Assembly (NCBI GenBank): GCA_001600815.1
Contig: BCKZ01000001.1
Span: 1,149,389 to 1,213,388 of the forward strand
Source of the DNA: Alloascoidea hylecoeti
Lineage: Eukaryota
Direction of reading: 5' to 3'
Length of the DNA: 64,000 bases
Both the position numbers and the translations under genes were made by a program. Below, one piece after another: positions 1 to 12,300 of the stretch (position 1 is its first letter; each line of letters starts with the position of its first letter). The notes beneath the pieces are model-generated. The model was not told the origin of the DNA. It ran no database searches and saw only the letters and a list, made by a program, of their open reading frames with translations.

Positions 1-1
1 T

Positions 2-184
2 ATGATTCGATTATTAGGGAAGCGCCCATTTGTGGAAAGAAATGATGCATTTGACAAATATCTGGCAGATGCTGAAATTGAAGTTGAAAAAAATATTGAC
101 AATAAATCAGAAGAACATAGAGACAATGATAAGTCTGCTGATGCTACAAATATCGACCCCCAAGATGCAACGAAAAAGAATTAA
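2..184 (+). CDS. YTA12: C-terminal end of mitochondrial m-AAA protease subunit (Yta12/Afg3 family), truncated by the window edge
   Basis: [21 protein letters not shown] matches the recalled Yta12 C-terminus ([18 protein letters not shown]) better than the Afg3 one; stop TAA at 182-184. Confidence 0.75.
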   Translation: MIRLLGKRPFVERNDAFDKYLADAEIEVEKNIDNKSEEHRDNDKSADATNIDPQDATKKN

Positions 185-507
185 AAGAAAAGAAAAATGA
201 CTTACCAATGTACCATCCATAAGTTATGTCAATATATATGCTTATCGTATGCATATATATAGCTATATCTATAGAGTCTAATCTGTATATACAGGACTTT
301 ATTTATAGTATAATATTTATATAATTATATTCCCAAATTCAAAGTTACAAAAGGAAGTGATATCTTTAAATTTCGATTTTAGTTTTTGCATTAATCCTTA
401 TATAAATAAATTTTCGATTGGAACTATGAATCCAAATTTAAACCTTTTATTCGTACAAAATAGATACATAACTATCATTCCATTCGAATTATAAATGATA
501 TTTACAA

Positions 508-2918
508 TCAATCAGTTCTTTTTTTCTTTGCTAGATTGTCATCTCCTCCTAAAAACGTGCCTAAATCTATGACATTATTAGCAATAGCAACATTTTTTGC
601 ATTTTCATCGAGCGAAATCTCTTTATTTCGTTTTCTTTTAACTTTTTCAATCTTTTCAATATTCAACTTTCCAATAAGTTTTCGTAAATCATTTTGTACA
701 TTTGCCTTTCGTATAATACTTGATGGTGGTCTAGAATATTTCATAACCATTTCGTTAAGTGATGGTATAATATCAGTTTCAGGATGTTTTAATACATACT
801 GAATAACAAGAGCTCCTTCATCCTCACTTTCTGAAGTTGTCTCTATTTCATCAATCTTATCCCTCTTTTGAATCCCTTTATCATCAATGCTTTGCAATAC
901 AACTGATTTTAATACCTGATTCAATCTAGAAACCATCGGATTATACATACCTTTGTGTGATAATGTTGATTTAGGAGAGTTTGGGACCACTCCTTTTTCA
1001 ATACCATAGTTTGTAATAAATCGGACATGCTCATCCTTACCTAATACACTGGTTTTAAATAGTGGATAAGTGTCAAAATGGTTAGAAAAATCTGTTTCAT
1101 CGTCATCATCATCCAAAGATAATGAATCAATATAATCTTTCATAATTTCAATAGAGTCATCATCCGGTAATAAGCGATGTAATTTCCCATTCTCATCTCT
1201 ACTTATATCCACACCCGCTGTATTGAATACTTTATTTAACGGTGCGAATCCTGTTACTTTTTCATCTTCTTTAAACGGTAATCGACATAACATCAGACCA
1301 GTCAAATTTGTCTCCATCAATGGGCTTAACTGAACTATTTCGACTTCCGAACCATCTTTTTTCACATATCTCGCAATTGCATATTTCTCTTCTGATGCCA
1401 TCGCCTCGACTAGACTAGCTAACTGAAAAGAGGAAGTTAAATCTTTTCTATCAGGAATGACAAAATATGATTCAGAATTTAAAAGCCATGGCTTTTTATA
1501 ATAAAACTCTCTATCAATAAAACCAAGTATTTCCAGCTTTTTAAACGATTCATAATTTAAAAGTTTTTCGACCTCTGGATCAACCACATTAACTACATTA
1601 AAACCAAAACGATATGACTTCACTAGATTATCCTCAGATATAATGTCATATTTGTCAGAATCTTCATCAAGTTCATTATTATACACCCGATATTCTGGAA
1701 AGTTTTTAACTGTGAATAGGCCAGCTTTTCCAAGTTTAGTATTTTCAGTAAAGTCATTTTGAGCTATTGATAGTTGATTTTCACCTTTAATCTCACTATC
1801 ATTATCCTTTTTCAATTTATATGTCGCAGTACTAGATAAAGATGTAGCAACTTTTGTAGCAGGGAACATTTCAATATTAATCTTAACAAATTGTTTATCA
1901 TCAATGACATTATCTATATTTCCACCTATCGTCAATTCACCTTGAAATGACCTTGTGGGTTTGACTACTTTTAATTGTCTTGGTGCTTGTAAAAACTTCT
2001 CAGCATAATCATTACTATAAGCAATCAAATCAAATCGTTGTTTTAGTCCCAGATTCTCTATCTTTTCTTCTTCATTTTGAATATCACGAAAAAACTGAAC
2101 CCAACCTTGTTCATTGCTTAATTTTATCATAGAATCCTTTGTTTCGAAATCTTCTTTCCCTTCTAATAAATCAGGAAGATTTTCAAAATCGATCCCAATT
2201 AATGTGAAATTTATCTCCAATTGAATCATCTTCTCACGACATTCGATCCATCTTTCAGCGTTCCATTCCTCATTTGCATCACCATTTGTGACAAGTATTA
2301 TATTTTTTATATATTTTTTGTTCTTTGTATAAATTTCAATCATATTAATCCCTACGGTTAAGCCATATTCAATAGAACCCTCGTTAGGATTATCAGAAGT
2401 AGCCTCTTGGTTTACTTCGATACTTCGATTTAGAGCATCAATATGCTTTAATAACGGCTGTTGGATAGTTAGATGTGTACAAACATTTGTTAGATTTTCA
2501 TCATCCATATGATGAACGGTTGCTAGTTATTAATAATCATTAATATATGTATATCCAGAATATATTACAGAAACAAACAAACATACAATATGAATGAGTT
2601 GATAATACTCCAACATGATCAGATTTCCTTCCAATTAAAACCTATTTAAAATGATTCATTAGTAAATTATACATTCTTTCCATACGATTGAAATGACTAA
2701 TGGGAACTGTTTCTGATCATACTTTATCTAATAAAAGTTCATTGACATATCTCATTCCAAATTTTAAATCCGAGACTTGTCTATCATTGTGGAGTTCACC
2801 CATAGACTGTGCCACATCGATGATGAATATTGTAACCTAATATTTGTGGCTTATAATTAGTAGCAGCAAAACCAATAAAAAAAAATGAGTGCATATAATG
2901 TACTTCTTTTTGTGCCAT
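508..2918 (-). CDS. YKU80: Ku80 subunit of the Ku heterodimer; 4 exons (2918-2904, 2836-2723, 2641-2587, 2522-508), ~732 aa
   Basis: The spliced N-terminus reads MAQKE|VTIFIIDVAQSMG (vWA), followed by IILVTNG, the beta-barrel core (YRFG, YAIARYVKKDG, CRLPFKED) and YNPMVSRLNQ. Three GT-AG introns; exon sum 2199 nt is in frame. Confidence 0.9.
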
Positions 2919-3006
2919 CCCTATAATCTAGTGTCAAACTGGATGTTGTAATTGTAGAATGAGTATGTTAAAGATTGAAATTTGAGGAGTGTGATAAATA
3001 AGACAA

Positions 3007-3030
3007 AACGCGAGACGCGAAAACGCGAAA
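3007..3030. promoter_or_regulatory. Three tandem ACGCGA(A) MCB/SCB-like elements upstream of YKU80
   Basis: aacgcgagacgcgaaaacgcgaaa about 90 bp upstream of the Ku80 ATG; CG-rich cluster in an AT-rich background, typical of G1/S-regulated DNA repair genes. Confidence 0.6.
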
Positions 3031-3112
3031 ATTTATTCGTAATTTTTACTCATTCCTTTTTTTACAATTTTTAGTGAATAAACAAATATCTTTTTTATAA
3101 TTATAATTACAA

Positions 3113-4147
3113 TTACAATGGAGGTGCCACTTTATTAATAACATCTTCGATAATCAATTCCGGGCTCCACCTTTTCAGCATTTCTCCCACCAGTTCAGGA
3201 TCGCTCCCCCAAGCTAAAGACGTCTCTTCATCTGGCGCAACCATCTTCAACCTCAACGGGAAGTATATCAGAGCACTCACCTGAACAAACGTCGGGCTTG
3301 CAAAATCGTAATTCCTAAATGCACACATATATCGTAATAAAATCTCAAATTCAATCGATGTTATCGGTGCTATACCACCAGATACTGCCCTATGCATTCG
3401 TAAAAATACAATTATGTCTCTCATGTATCGTTTGACATCTGGCATTATTGTTACTTGGAATGCTTTTACTCTTAATTCCTTTAGATCTTCGTATAAATCA
3501 GTATATATCTTTTGGGGTTTAGGTGGTACTTGCCAAGTTTGTGCCTGTGGTACGTGCACTTGTTTGAATAGTAAATGATCTTTCTATAATCAAATTAGTT
3601 AACTTTGCTCATTGTATTAATTGTGGAGTATAAAATAACTTACCAAATATTTAAATAGTTCAGTCTTCGATTCATTATCATCATCAATAACCAAAATCAC
3701 AGTGAACAGTTCCTCCGTAGCATTATACTCCTTATTATTGATAGTGATCTTTTTATGCCTGAGGATCTATGATTTTTATTAGCGCATACATAACTTCAAA
3801 CCATTAATCAAACATACCTCTAAGAGAGAAGCCTGAACATGAACAGACGTTTTTTCCAACCCCGAAAGCACCACAAATCTCTTCAAGAACTTATCCCCAT
3901 AAATAAAACTCTCCGTTAACTGCTTCACTGTTGTATCCGCACTACACACAATCGATATGGCCTCTTTTATGCCCCATATACTTCTCCCTATCATAGCTAA
4001 CTCATGCCTCGTTAACACCGGATTCGTGGATGGCACCAGCAAATGCCTTTTAGAAGCTGCACATATCAACACCGAACTGTATAGATTATCATCAAACTCC
4101 AAACCAGTCAAATGCTTAATATTTGATATTTTTTCACCAAAACTCAT
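3113..4147 (-). CDS. MTC2: Mtc2-like protein (degenerate MoxR/Mg-chelatase AAA-like fold); 3 exons (4147-3818, 3766-3644, 3583-3113), ~307 aa
   Basis: Two ORF fragments are joined in frame by GTATGT..TAG and GTAAGT..TAG introns. VKRYMRDIIVFLRMHRAV..G and the C-terminal V.PPL resemble the fungal Mtc2 family. Confidence 0.6.
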
Positions 4148-4320
4148 TCTGTTTCTGTTAAACTGTTTATTGCCTAATCCTTATGTAACCATAACACGTG
4201 ATTTAATGCACCGGGTAACCGCAGGTGAAAAATAAAAAATTAATGAGAAGAAGTTATAATGGCATCAAACCTCTTTTTCAAACTTCATTTCACGGCCATT
4301 ATTAGTAAAATAAGCTAGAA

Positions 4321-5888
4321 ATGTCGTCTAATTTACAGAAAGTGCAGCCTTTACGGGCCCCCATATTACCGTCACAAACAACGGCCGAGCAAAGATACTG
4401 GCGAGGCTTTTCTGTAAGGCTAATGATGTTCAGCTACTGCTAATTTACCAGTTCTAACTTTTTTTTCTCTTTTTTGTGTATACATAGAATACGTTATTAA
4501 TAAAAGAAAGCGGACCAATAAATCACATCAATTTTAATCCAATCTCCCCACATGATTTCGTTGTCACTCACGGTTTAAGAATCCAAATATTTTCAGCCAA
4601 AACACGAAGAGATATTCATTCAATTACACGATCCACCAATCCTGTTTATAGTGCTGAATTCAGTCACGACGGGAAATTCCTAATTGCCGGTGATCAAAAG
4701 GGTACCGCTAAACTATTAAACTCTTCGGATAGATCTGTTATATTACAAGTTCAAGCGAATGACTACCCACTATATGTAACAAAATTTCATCCAACGAGTC
4801 GTAAGATATTCATGACGGGTTCCGATGATAGAGTAGCAAGATTATATGATATCACATCAACTTCAAAATCTCCAATAAATACATTTGATTCCCATACTGA
4901 CTATGTTAGAGCTGGAACTTTTATTCCTGACTCAAATCTAGTTTGTACAGGTTGTTACGATGGTATCGTTAGAATATTTGATCCAAGAGTTGGAAATACA
5001 TCCTCAGTAGCTGAATTTAATCATGAAGGACGAATTGAAGATATTTTAGCCCTAAATCCATCAACGCTTGTTTCGGCTGGTGTTGGACCAGCAATTAAAG
5101 CCTGGGACATTGTTGGAGGAAAATTAATCAGAACCATGGCAAATTTTCAAAAAGATGTAACATGTTTAGCAAATGCCGGTGATCGAGGTTTGTTAGCTGG
5201 TTCAGCAGATGGGCACGTTAAAGTGTTCGATACAACTTCAACTAATTGGGATGTTAAATTTGGTTGGAAATTCGGTGGTCCAGTGAGAAGTTGTGGAGTA
5301 TCCCCTGATCATAAACATTTCATAACTGGTTTATCAACTGGTCTCATGTCCATTCGAACAAGAAAAACCGAACCGAAGGTAAAACAGGGTGTTAAAAAGC
5401 CCAAATCAAGTAGTTTTGCAAGAATTATTAGAGGCGCTGAGTATAAAGGTGAAACAGAACAGCGTATAATCAATGATAAAAGCAAACAAAATAAAAAAGT
5501 ATCGCTTTTTGAAAAGAGAATCCAACAATTTAGATGGAGTGATGCACTAGATGCTGCATTTGTACCAGGTGTAACAAACGAACAAACAGTTACATTTTTG
5601 AATGAATTAAAAAAAAGAGGTAAAGTTCGAGTTTCGTTATACGGTCGTGATGAAACATCTTTAGAGCCTTTATTAAAATGGTGCTCCAAAGCGATTGAAG
5701 ATTCTCGCTCAGTTGTTATAGTCGCTGATTGGATTGGCGTAGTTATTGATATGTTCGGAGAATTGGTAGATAAATCTTCGATATTAGAAGAATTGATGTA
5801 CACATTAAAGAAAAGGACGGACAGAGAAATCGAAAAGGCCAAAGAAGCACAAAGGATAGAAGGAATGCTACAACTACTTATAAAATAG
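4321..5888 (+). CDS. UTP15: U3 snoRNP/SSU processome WD40 protein Utp15; intron 4414-4487
   Basis: Exon 1 MSSNLQKVQPLRAPILPSQTTAEQRYWRGFS, then GTAAGG..CTAAC..TAG intron; WD40 repeats (HTDYVR, WDVKFGWKF) and the UTP15 C-terminal domain (LYGRDE..LEPLL). Confidence 0.92.
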
Positions 5889-6060
5889 ACTCATAAAATA
5901 AAATTTTAAGAATAGAAAAAAGTAGTTGATGTCACTTTTATCTTTAATGTACCATATAATAATCTTCATTTAATATGTGTGTATGGATGTTTCAATTTTA
6001 AGTTATAATAGTGAAAAATATAATCTTATAATAGTAAAACTGCTTATAATTTATATAGAA

Positions 6061-8169
6061 ATGTTTTCAAGAGCCGCAAGAAGGGCTCCTTTAAATTTGG
6101 CAGTCAATCTCGAAAGGACGTTGGCAAGACCTCCAGGGATTCCATTAATTACAAAAGCTTCATTTTCAATAATTTCTTATCGTTTGAATAATGAAAAAAT
6201 CAATTCTCCGGATCTTAGTCTTGAGAAAAATGAACGTGAAGAAAATGCCGCTTTACCGTGGTATTTGAGAAACGAAACATCATCATCTTTATCAAGTCAA
6301 ATAAAACATGAACAAATTCCAGATATACCAAACAATGCTCCAGAATCATTGAAAATAGTGCTTGAGTACTTAGTTCGTGATTTAGGACTTATTAACGTTA
6401 CCTTGATTGATATGAGAAACACAGAAGATACTCCTGGTTCTTCTCAATACACAACTGGAGATTTTGTGATCTTAACAACAGGTAAAAGTGAAAGACATTT
6501 ACAAAAAGCCGGGTTTGAATTATATACATGGACAAAGCATAAATTCAATGTCGTTCCATTCATGGAAGGCTTGGTCAAAGCTGCTGCAATACGACTCAGT
6601 CAACGTCGATTGAAAAAAAAGGCAAGAAAAATGCAAAATGATTTCGATGCGGAATTAAATGAGGTTTTACCTTTAAATAGCTGGATAATGATGGATTTGC
6701 GTAAAGATAATATATTTATTCACTTATTTACGGCTGATAGAAGAGTAGATCTGAATTTGGAAGAACTATGGGGTTATGAAAATCCAGAACTACAACAAGA
6801 AGAACAAAATCATAATGAGTATGAATTAGATGAGAAATTCTCAGATTCATCTGAACTTAGTGATGAAATTGAAAACTCCGGAGAGCACTCTGGAGAACCC
6901 TCAACTTCTGGAATATTTAATAATAGTTCACAAAATAGATGGTACTCGACAATCTCTACAGCTTTTCAATCTAGCAATAACTATTCATCAACACAATCAC
7001 CTTTAAATACCAATGTTTCATCAAAGTTTACAAATAGTTTAAAAATTGCTTCATTAAACGGAGATTTCAAGGAAGCTGTCAAAATTGCAAGTTATATTCC
7101 AAAAAGTATAAAAATTAATGGTGAAGATTCAACAAGCCTTGTTTTGAAATCCCATATTAACTGTTTGAGAAGTATAAATCCTTCAGATCACCGTATGATA
7201 AATAATTTATTATCTGGAACAAATGAAGTTCAAAAACCTTTAGTTAATTCATTCATGTCTTCATTACCTGTATTAATGTCTCCTATTCATTGGAGATTGA
7301 AATACTTATTTCTCGAAACTGCTCATTTATTATCTTTTGAAAAGTTCCCATTAGAAATGATAATTCGTCATTTTATTTTCCAACAATCTTCTGGTGTATC
7401 AGTTGATAACTCAGATTTTGAAAGATTTACAACTTTATTATCACATTCCCATCAATTCAATTCAAAAGGCGAAAACAAATTAATGTTAAATAGTAGTAAT
7501 GAAAAGCAATCAATAGGAAAGAATCTAATAGCAAATACATTCACTAAAAAGGAAATATTGATGGATTTTATTAATATGGTTTGGAGAACAAAAGGAGTTA
7601 AAGTATTACACGATGAAAAAATCACTCTGTCTTTACTATATGCTTTTACGACTAGAAATGATAAAGAAGCGTGGAAGTTAGAAGAAGTTTTAGCTCATCC
7701 TGAACCGAAATTCCAAGGAAATAATCCTATTATTATACAATCATTACCAGTAGCAAAAGATTTTACTGAAATTTTAAATGCTTATAGTCAAAATAATCCC
7801 ATTTCATTTAAAATGGCAATCATTTTTCTTACGAGTTATGCTCAAGCGTTAAATTGGAATAAATATTGGGAATATTGGGAAAGGGGGTTAGCACCAGTTA
7901 AATCTAGTAATAAATATATTACTGTGATTTCTGAATCTCAATTAAATTTTCTATGGATCTTAAATGCTTCTTTAATTTCGAAATCGGGTGATCAAGTAGC
8001 AGCACACTCATTTTTATTAAAACAATGGCCTCAATATTCAATTTTTGCTTCTAAATCTTTAGAAAAGAATGGATTGTCAGAAAATATGAAGAAAGCAATG
8101 AAATCAATTTTAAAAGTTGCAGATGCTAATGCTGATATCCAAACTGACCTTCAAAGATATCTAAAATAA
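6061..8169 (+). CDS. ATP25: Mitochondrial Atp25 (N-terminal RsfS-like domain plus C-terminal mRNA-stabilising domain)
   Basis: Presequence-like MFSRAARRAP; PWYLR, TGKSERHLQKA, EGL, NSWIMMD and IFIHLFTADRR..LNLEELW motifs. Likely start is the ATG at 6061 rather than the GTG at 5977. Confidence 0.85.
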   Translation: MFSRAARRAPLNLAVNLERTLARPPGIPLITKASFSIISYRLNNEKINSPDLSLEKNEREENAALPWYLRNETSSSLSSQIKHEQIPDIPNNAPESLKIVLEYLVRDLGLINVTLIDMRNTEDTPGSSQYTTGDFVILTTGKSERHLQKAGFELYTWTKHKFNVVPFMEGLVKAAAIRLSQRRLKKKARKMQNDFDAELNEVLPLNSWIMMDLRKDNIFIHLFTADRRVDLNLEELWGYENPELQQEEQNHNEYELDEKFSDSSELSDEIENSGEHSGEPSTSGIFNNSSQNRWYSTISTAFQSSNNYSSTQSPLNTNVSSKFTNSLKIASLNGDFKEAVKIASYIPKSIKINGEDSTSLVLKSHINCLRSINPSDHRMINNLLSGTNEVQKPLVNSFMSSLPVLMSPIHWRLKYLFLETAHLLSFEKFPLEMIIRHFIFQQSSGVSVDNSDFERFTTLLSHSHQFNSKGENKLMLNSSNEKQSIGKNLIANTFTKKEILMDFINMVWRTKGVKVLHDEKITLSLLYAFTTRNDKEAWKLEEVLAHPEPKFQGNNPIIIQSLPVAKDFTEILNAYSQNNPISFKMAIIFLTSYAQALNWNKYWEYWERGLAPVKSSNKYITVISESQLNFLWILNASLISKSGDQVAAHSFLLKQWPQYSIFASKSLEKNGLSENMKKAMKSILKVADANADIQTDLQRYLK

Positions 8170-8250
8170 ATATATGATAAACGAGCATAAATGATTAATT
8201 GTAAATATATATTAATAAATAAGTTGTGAATATATTGATATTTTATATTA

Positions 8251-9159
8251 TTACAAACTATTAAAATTTGTATTTAAAAAGTCTACAAATATTGGTTGAA
8301 TCCGATCTGTATCAAGAGTTCTCATTCTATTCAATGCAATAAATGATCTTCTAATTCTTTGTAATTGTGCCAAAGATATTTGGGAAACAGGAATTTCAAG
8401 CGTAACCTTATCATCATTTGATAATTTAATTGTAATATCATGCGGACCCATACTTGGACTTATCTTTTCAATTTCTAATATTTGTTTAATAACATCCTGT
8501 GTTGATTTATCTAATTCGTATAAAAAATTCGTAGAAGTTGCTTGCTTTACCGCAGTTGCTTTGTTTGGGGGTTTGGCCTTCTGTAATATTAGACAATTCC
8601 ATATATCATCCACTGGAATCATTGAATCAGGATCATCATATGCTATACTAAATAATGGTGAATCCCACCTTGATTGACCATTAGGCTCCTCATATCTAAA
8701 AATTAAAGCATCAAGAATATCATCAGGCCATGAATTATCTTTCAAACCTTTACTTTCAGCTTCTAGTTTTTTAGAAGTGTTCCATTTGTGACAAATCTCT
8801 GGAGATGCCATAATATGGAAAACACAAGAATTTGTTGTTAAAGCTTTTGCTTCGCAAAATAATTGATATCTGAACCCTTTGATATAAGTAAGATTATCAA
8901 GTATAACAATCTTTGATTTCGAAAGCTCTCTTTTCACTTCAGACATTTGAATTCCTCTCGTTGCCTTTTCAGTTCGACTATCTCTATATGATTCTTTTTC
9001 TATTGATAACTTTTCATCATTTATTAAAACAACAGATAATGATGAAGTTGGAGATCCTTCAGGTTCATTTTTAATCTTTTCCTCAAAAAGACTTTTTAAT
9101 TTTTCAGCTCTGGTGGTTTTACCAGAAGATGGATATCCTGTTATTAGAATTAATGGCAT
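8251..9159 (-). CDS. KTI12: Elongator-associated protein Kti12
   Basis: MPLILITGYPSSGKTT P-loop, YIKGFRYQLFCEAK, RYEEPN..SRWDSPLF. Confidence 0.95.
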   Translation of the reverse strand: MPLILITGYPSSGKTTRAEKLKSLFEEKIKNEPEGSPTSSLSVVLINDEKLSIEKESYRDSRTEKATRGIQMSEVKRELSKSKIVILDNLTYIKGFRYQLFCEAKALTTNSCVFHIMASPEICHKWNTSKKLEAESKGLKDNSWPDDILDALIFRYEEPNGQSRWDSPLFSIAYDDPDSMIPVDDIWNCLILQKAKPPNKATAVKQATSTNFLYELDKSTQDVIKQILEIEKISPSMGPHDITIKLSNDDKVTLEIPVSQISLAQLQRIRRSFIALNRMRTLDTDRIQPIFVDFLNTNFNSL

Positions 9160-9334
9160 TTTTAATGAATGGAAAATAAAAATTGATGGGGAAAATTTAG
9201 GAAGTTTGTTTTAAATTTTTCAGATATTTTATGCATTTTCGTGTTTCTTCGGACGTACCATTAATTACGGCCCACATGCGCCAATATATAAACACTTTAA
9301 TCAAAAATCCAATTCTGTGAAGTTATAACATTCA
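9160..9334. promoter_or_regulatory. 175-bp divergent promoter shared by KTI12 and TERT
   Basis: Head-to-head ATGs at 9159 (-) and 9335 (+); RRPE-like AAATTTTTCA at 9213-9222 and TATA-like ATATATAAA at ~9284-9292. Confidence 0.55.
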
Positions 9335-12300
9335 ATGAAAATTCCTCAAAATTATTGTTCACTACGAACATATTTATTAAAACATCTGCCATCAGAAAAA
9401 GCATACGGTCTTATTCAGAATGCAGACTCAAACACTCCAGATCTTCAGGATTATACCGACATGTTAAACAGTGTTTTTATATCTTGTCCTCCATCTTTTA
9501 AAACCTTCAGTTACGCGTTTGATACATTCCAAAGAGCAGAAAGTTTGTCACAGGATGAAGTGAGTGGATGATAGATAATCGAAAAACTAATATATTAATG
9601 CTAATTATATATAAATCAAAGCTTGTTGATCAATGTATAATCACGATGTTAAAGACAGGTCAAATTGATAATGTCCTAACAAAAGGTTATCAACTGGTAG
9701 GTTTACTTGATTATTTCATGGACCACAAATACTAAAGTCAAAAAACTATCGATAGGGAAATGACAATCAAAACACCTCTTCGGATCTTTCAAATAGCACT
9801 ATAAATTACTCCTCCAATGTGTTGAAAAGCTTACCTTGGAGAATCCTTCTTTCCAGGTATGCTTAAATTTCAAATATGAACACTTTGAACTGTTTCTGAT
9901 AAATTATCATGTTTAGGATTGGAACACAACAAATGTCATTTATTATCATAAAAGGACAATTATATCTTGTTTCAGATTCAAACCGAAGTGCTATTCAATT
10001 AACGGGTACATATGCTAAAATACCTCCATATTCTTTCTTATTATATTCTAACCCTTTGAATAGGATCACCACCCAAACAAACCTTTTGGCCAAAAAAACC
10101 TCAATCAAATGTCAATCAATCTTTAGCTAAAAAAACAATAGATAGGAAACGCTTCATGTATAAAAGGTCTAACATTTCAACTATCTGTATGATGAACCAT
10201 GCTTGCACTGAGATATCTATACCAATTTATACTAATATAAATTTTAGTTAAAACTGAAACAATTCAATTAATGGAGGAAATTTTTCCTTCTCAGTTTAAA
10301 TCTCTTAAGGTTATAAATAATGGGAAAACTATACCACCAAAGAGACTAAGAAATTTACCGTTAAATCTTGTTGAAAAGATGAGAGCCAATCATTTCAAGA
10401 ACTTCCCTTCAAAACCTATGGCCGCTACTCTTCTCGACACCGCCATCAATAACGAATACAAGTACAATAAGGATAATCCCCACAATCAGGAAAACCATAA
10501 TCCTCAATTGAAACCCAATGCGTTCTATAGCACACTTCTTGATAATTATTGCCCGTTAATATGGGATAAAATGGAAAATGCTAAACTGGAAGAAGGTTAT
10601 TATGTTAAAAAAGAAAACGTTTCAACCTTTTGCTGTGAAGTTTTTACAAAATTAACCCCTTTCCGTTTTTTTGGATGTGATAAAAATAAACGAATATTTC
10701 TTAAAAGTAAGAACCTGTCAAAGTATAGAACTACTAATCATTAATTATTAACTATTTTCTTTAGATATTTCCATATTAATCAATGGTCATCAAGATGAAT
10801 CCCTGATAGTAAATGATCTTTTAAAAGATTTAAATCTGAAAACTATGGATTGGTTAGCACCTTTGTCCTCATCATTAAATTCTCAAAAATGGAGTTTAGG
10901 TGATTTTAATAAACGCAAAGAAATATTAATTGATTTTTTGATTTGGACTTTTGATATTCTACTACCAAGCGTAATAAGTAATTTCTTCTATGTTACTGAA
11001 TGTAATGATACCTCAAAGGGTCTTTTTTATTATAGACATGAATCATGGAAAAGGCTTACAAAACCAGCAATTGATAGATATACATCTACTAATTTGGAAC
11101 AAATATGGTATGAAGAGAGTCTTTACAAAGGAAGAATTCGACTACTACCTAAACACGAAGGATTTAGAGTAATTTGTAAGCAAAAGCCAAATTTCAAAGA
11201 GGTAAGTATTTTTGTTTATTTATTATTTAAGTCAATCGGTTATAATAATTAAAAATTCTCTTGGTATAGACTCAATATCAAACCTTTAGACGAAAAATGG
11301 GTTTAAGGAGTGCGATGAAATCAATAAGATATGAACGAATTGAAAAACGTCCAAACGTTTATAATAGTTCAATGGATAGTATTTATAAACAACTCTTAGA
11401 TTATAAACAAAAGCTTAAATCTAAAAATAACGGTAAAATGTGAGTATAATTATATATTATCATTCTTATTGATTGCAGAAACTTGGAACTAACTTGAAAT
11501 TACACTTATAATTTATAGACCAAAATTATATGTTATTAAATTTGATATAAATCATAGTTTTGATACGATTCAAGTTCAGAGTGCAATTGATTTGGCATGT
11601 GACACTTTAATCCATAATGAATACATTTTAAGAGAAGTAGCTATTGCAAAGGATTTAAATTCTTCTATAAAATCTAGGCGAACAATTGTATTACCTGGTA
11701 ATGAAGATTCAAATATTATGAGCAGTATTTCAAAATTGACAAATGAAAAGGAAATCATTACTTCAGATACTTCAAAAACAAGCATTGTTAAGAAAAAATT
11801 ATTATGTGAAGCCCTTGAAAGCCATATATCTGATGTTACCATAAAAGTATGCATTACAATTAAAGTATATTAAGACTAATTCTAACAAACAACCAATAGA
11901 TTGGGAAGAAAACATATGCAAGAGTCAATGGTGTGCCACAAGGATCAGAGGTTTCTCCATTGCTTTGTGAACTTGTCTATGATGAATTAGTTGACCAGAA
12001 ATTTTCATTCTTAGATATGGAAGATGACTTAATTCTTCGATATATAGATGACTTTGCTCTTTTCATAACTCAAAAGGAAAGAGCAAATAAAGCCTATAAA
12101 GCAGTTATAAAAGGTAACTATAAATTATTTTGTTTCTAATATGTTTTACTAACTTTGAACTCTCAATTTTAATAGGATTTGCTAATTTTGATGCTTTGGT
12201 TAATCCTGATAAAACCATTACAAACTTTGTTGGTGGAGACTTTAAAAATGATATTCCTTACTGTGGTTTAACGATTCATACTCAATCACTGGAAGTTTCT

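Noticed and set aside
5977..6060. Extended N-termini from GTG/TTG starts in the ORF track (ATP25, BRN1, MPO1, CWP copy A, 45285 ORF)
   Set aside because: Eukaryotic genes; downstream ATGs give the expected N-termini
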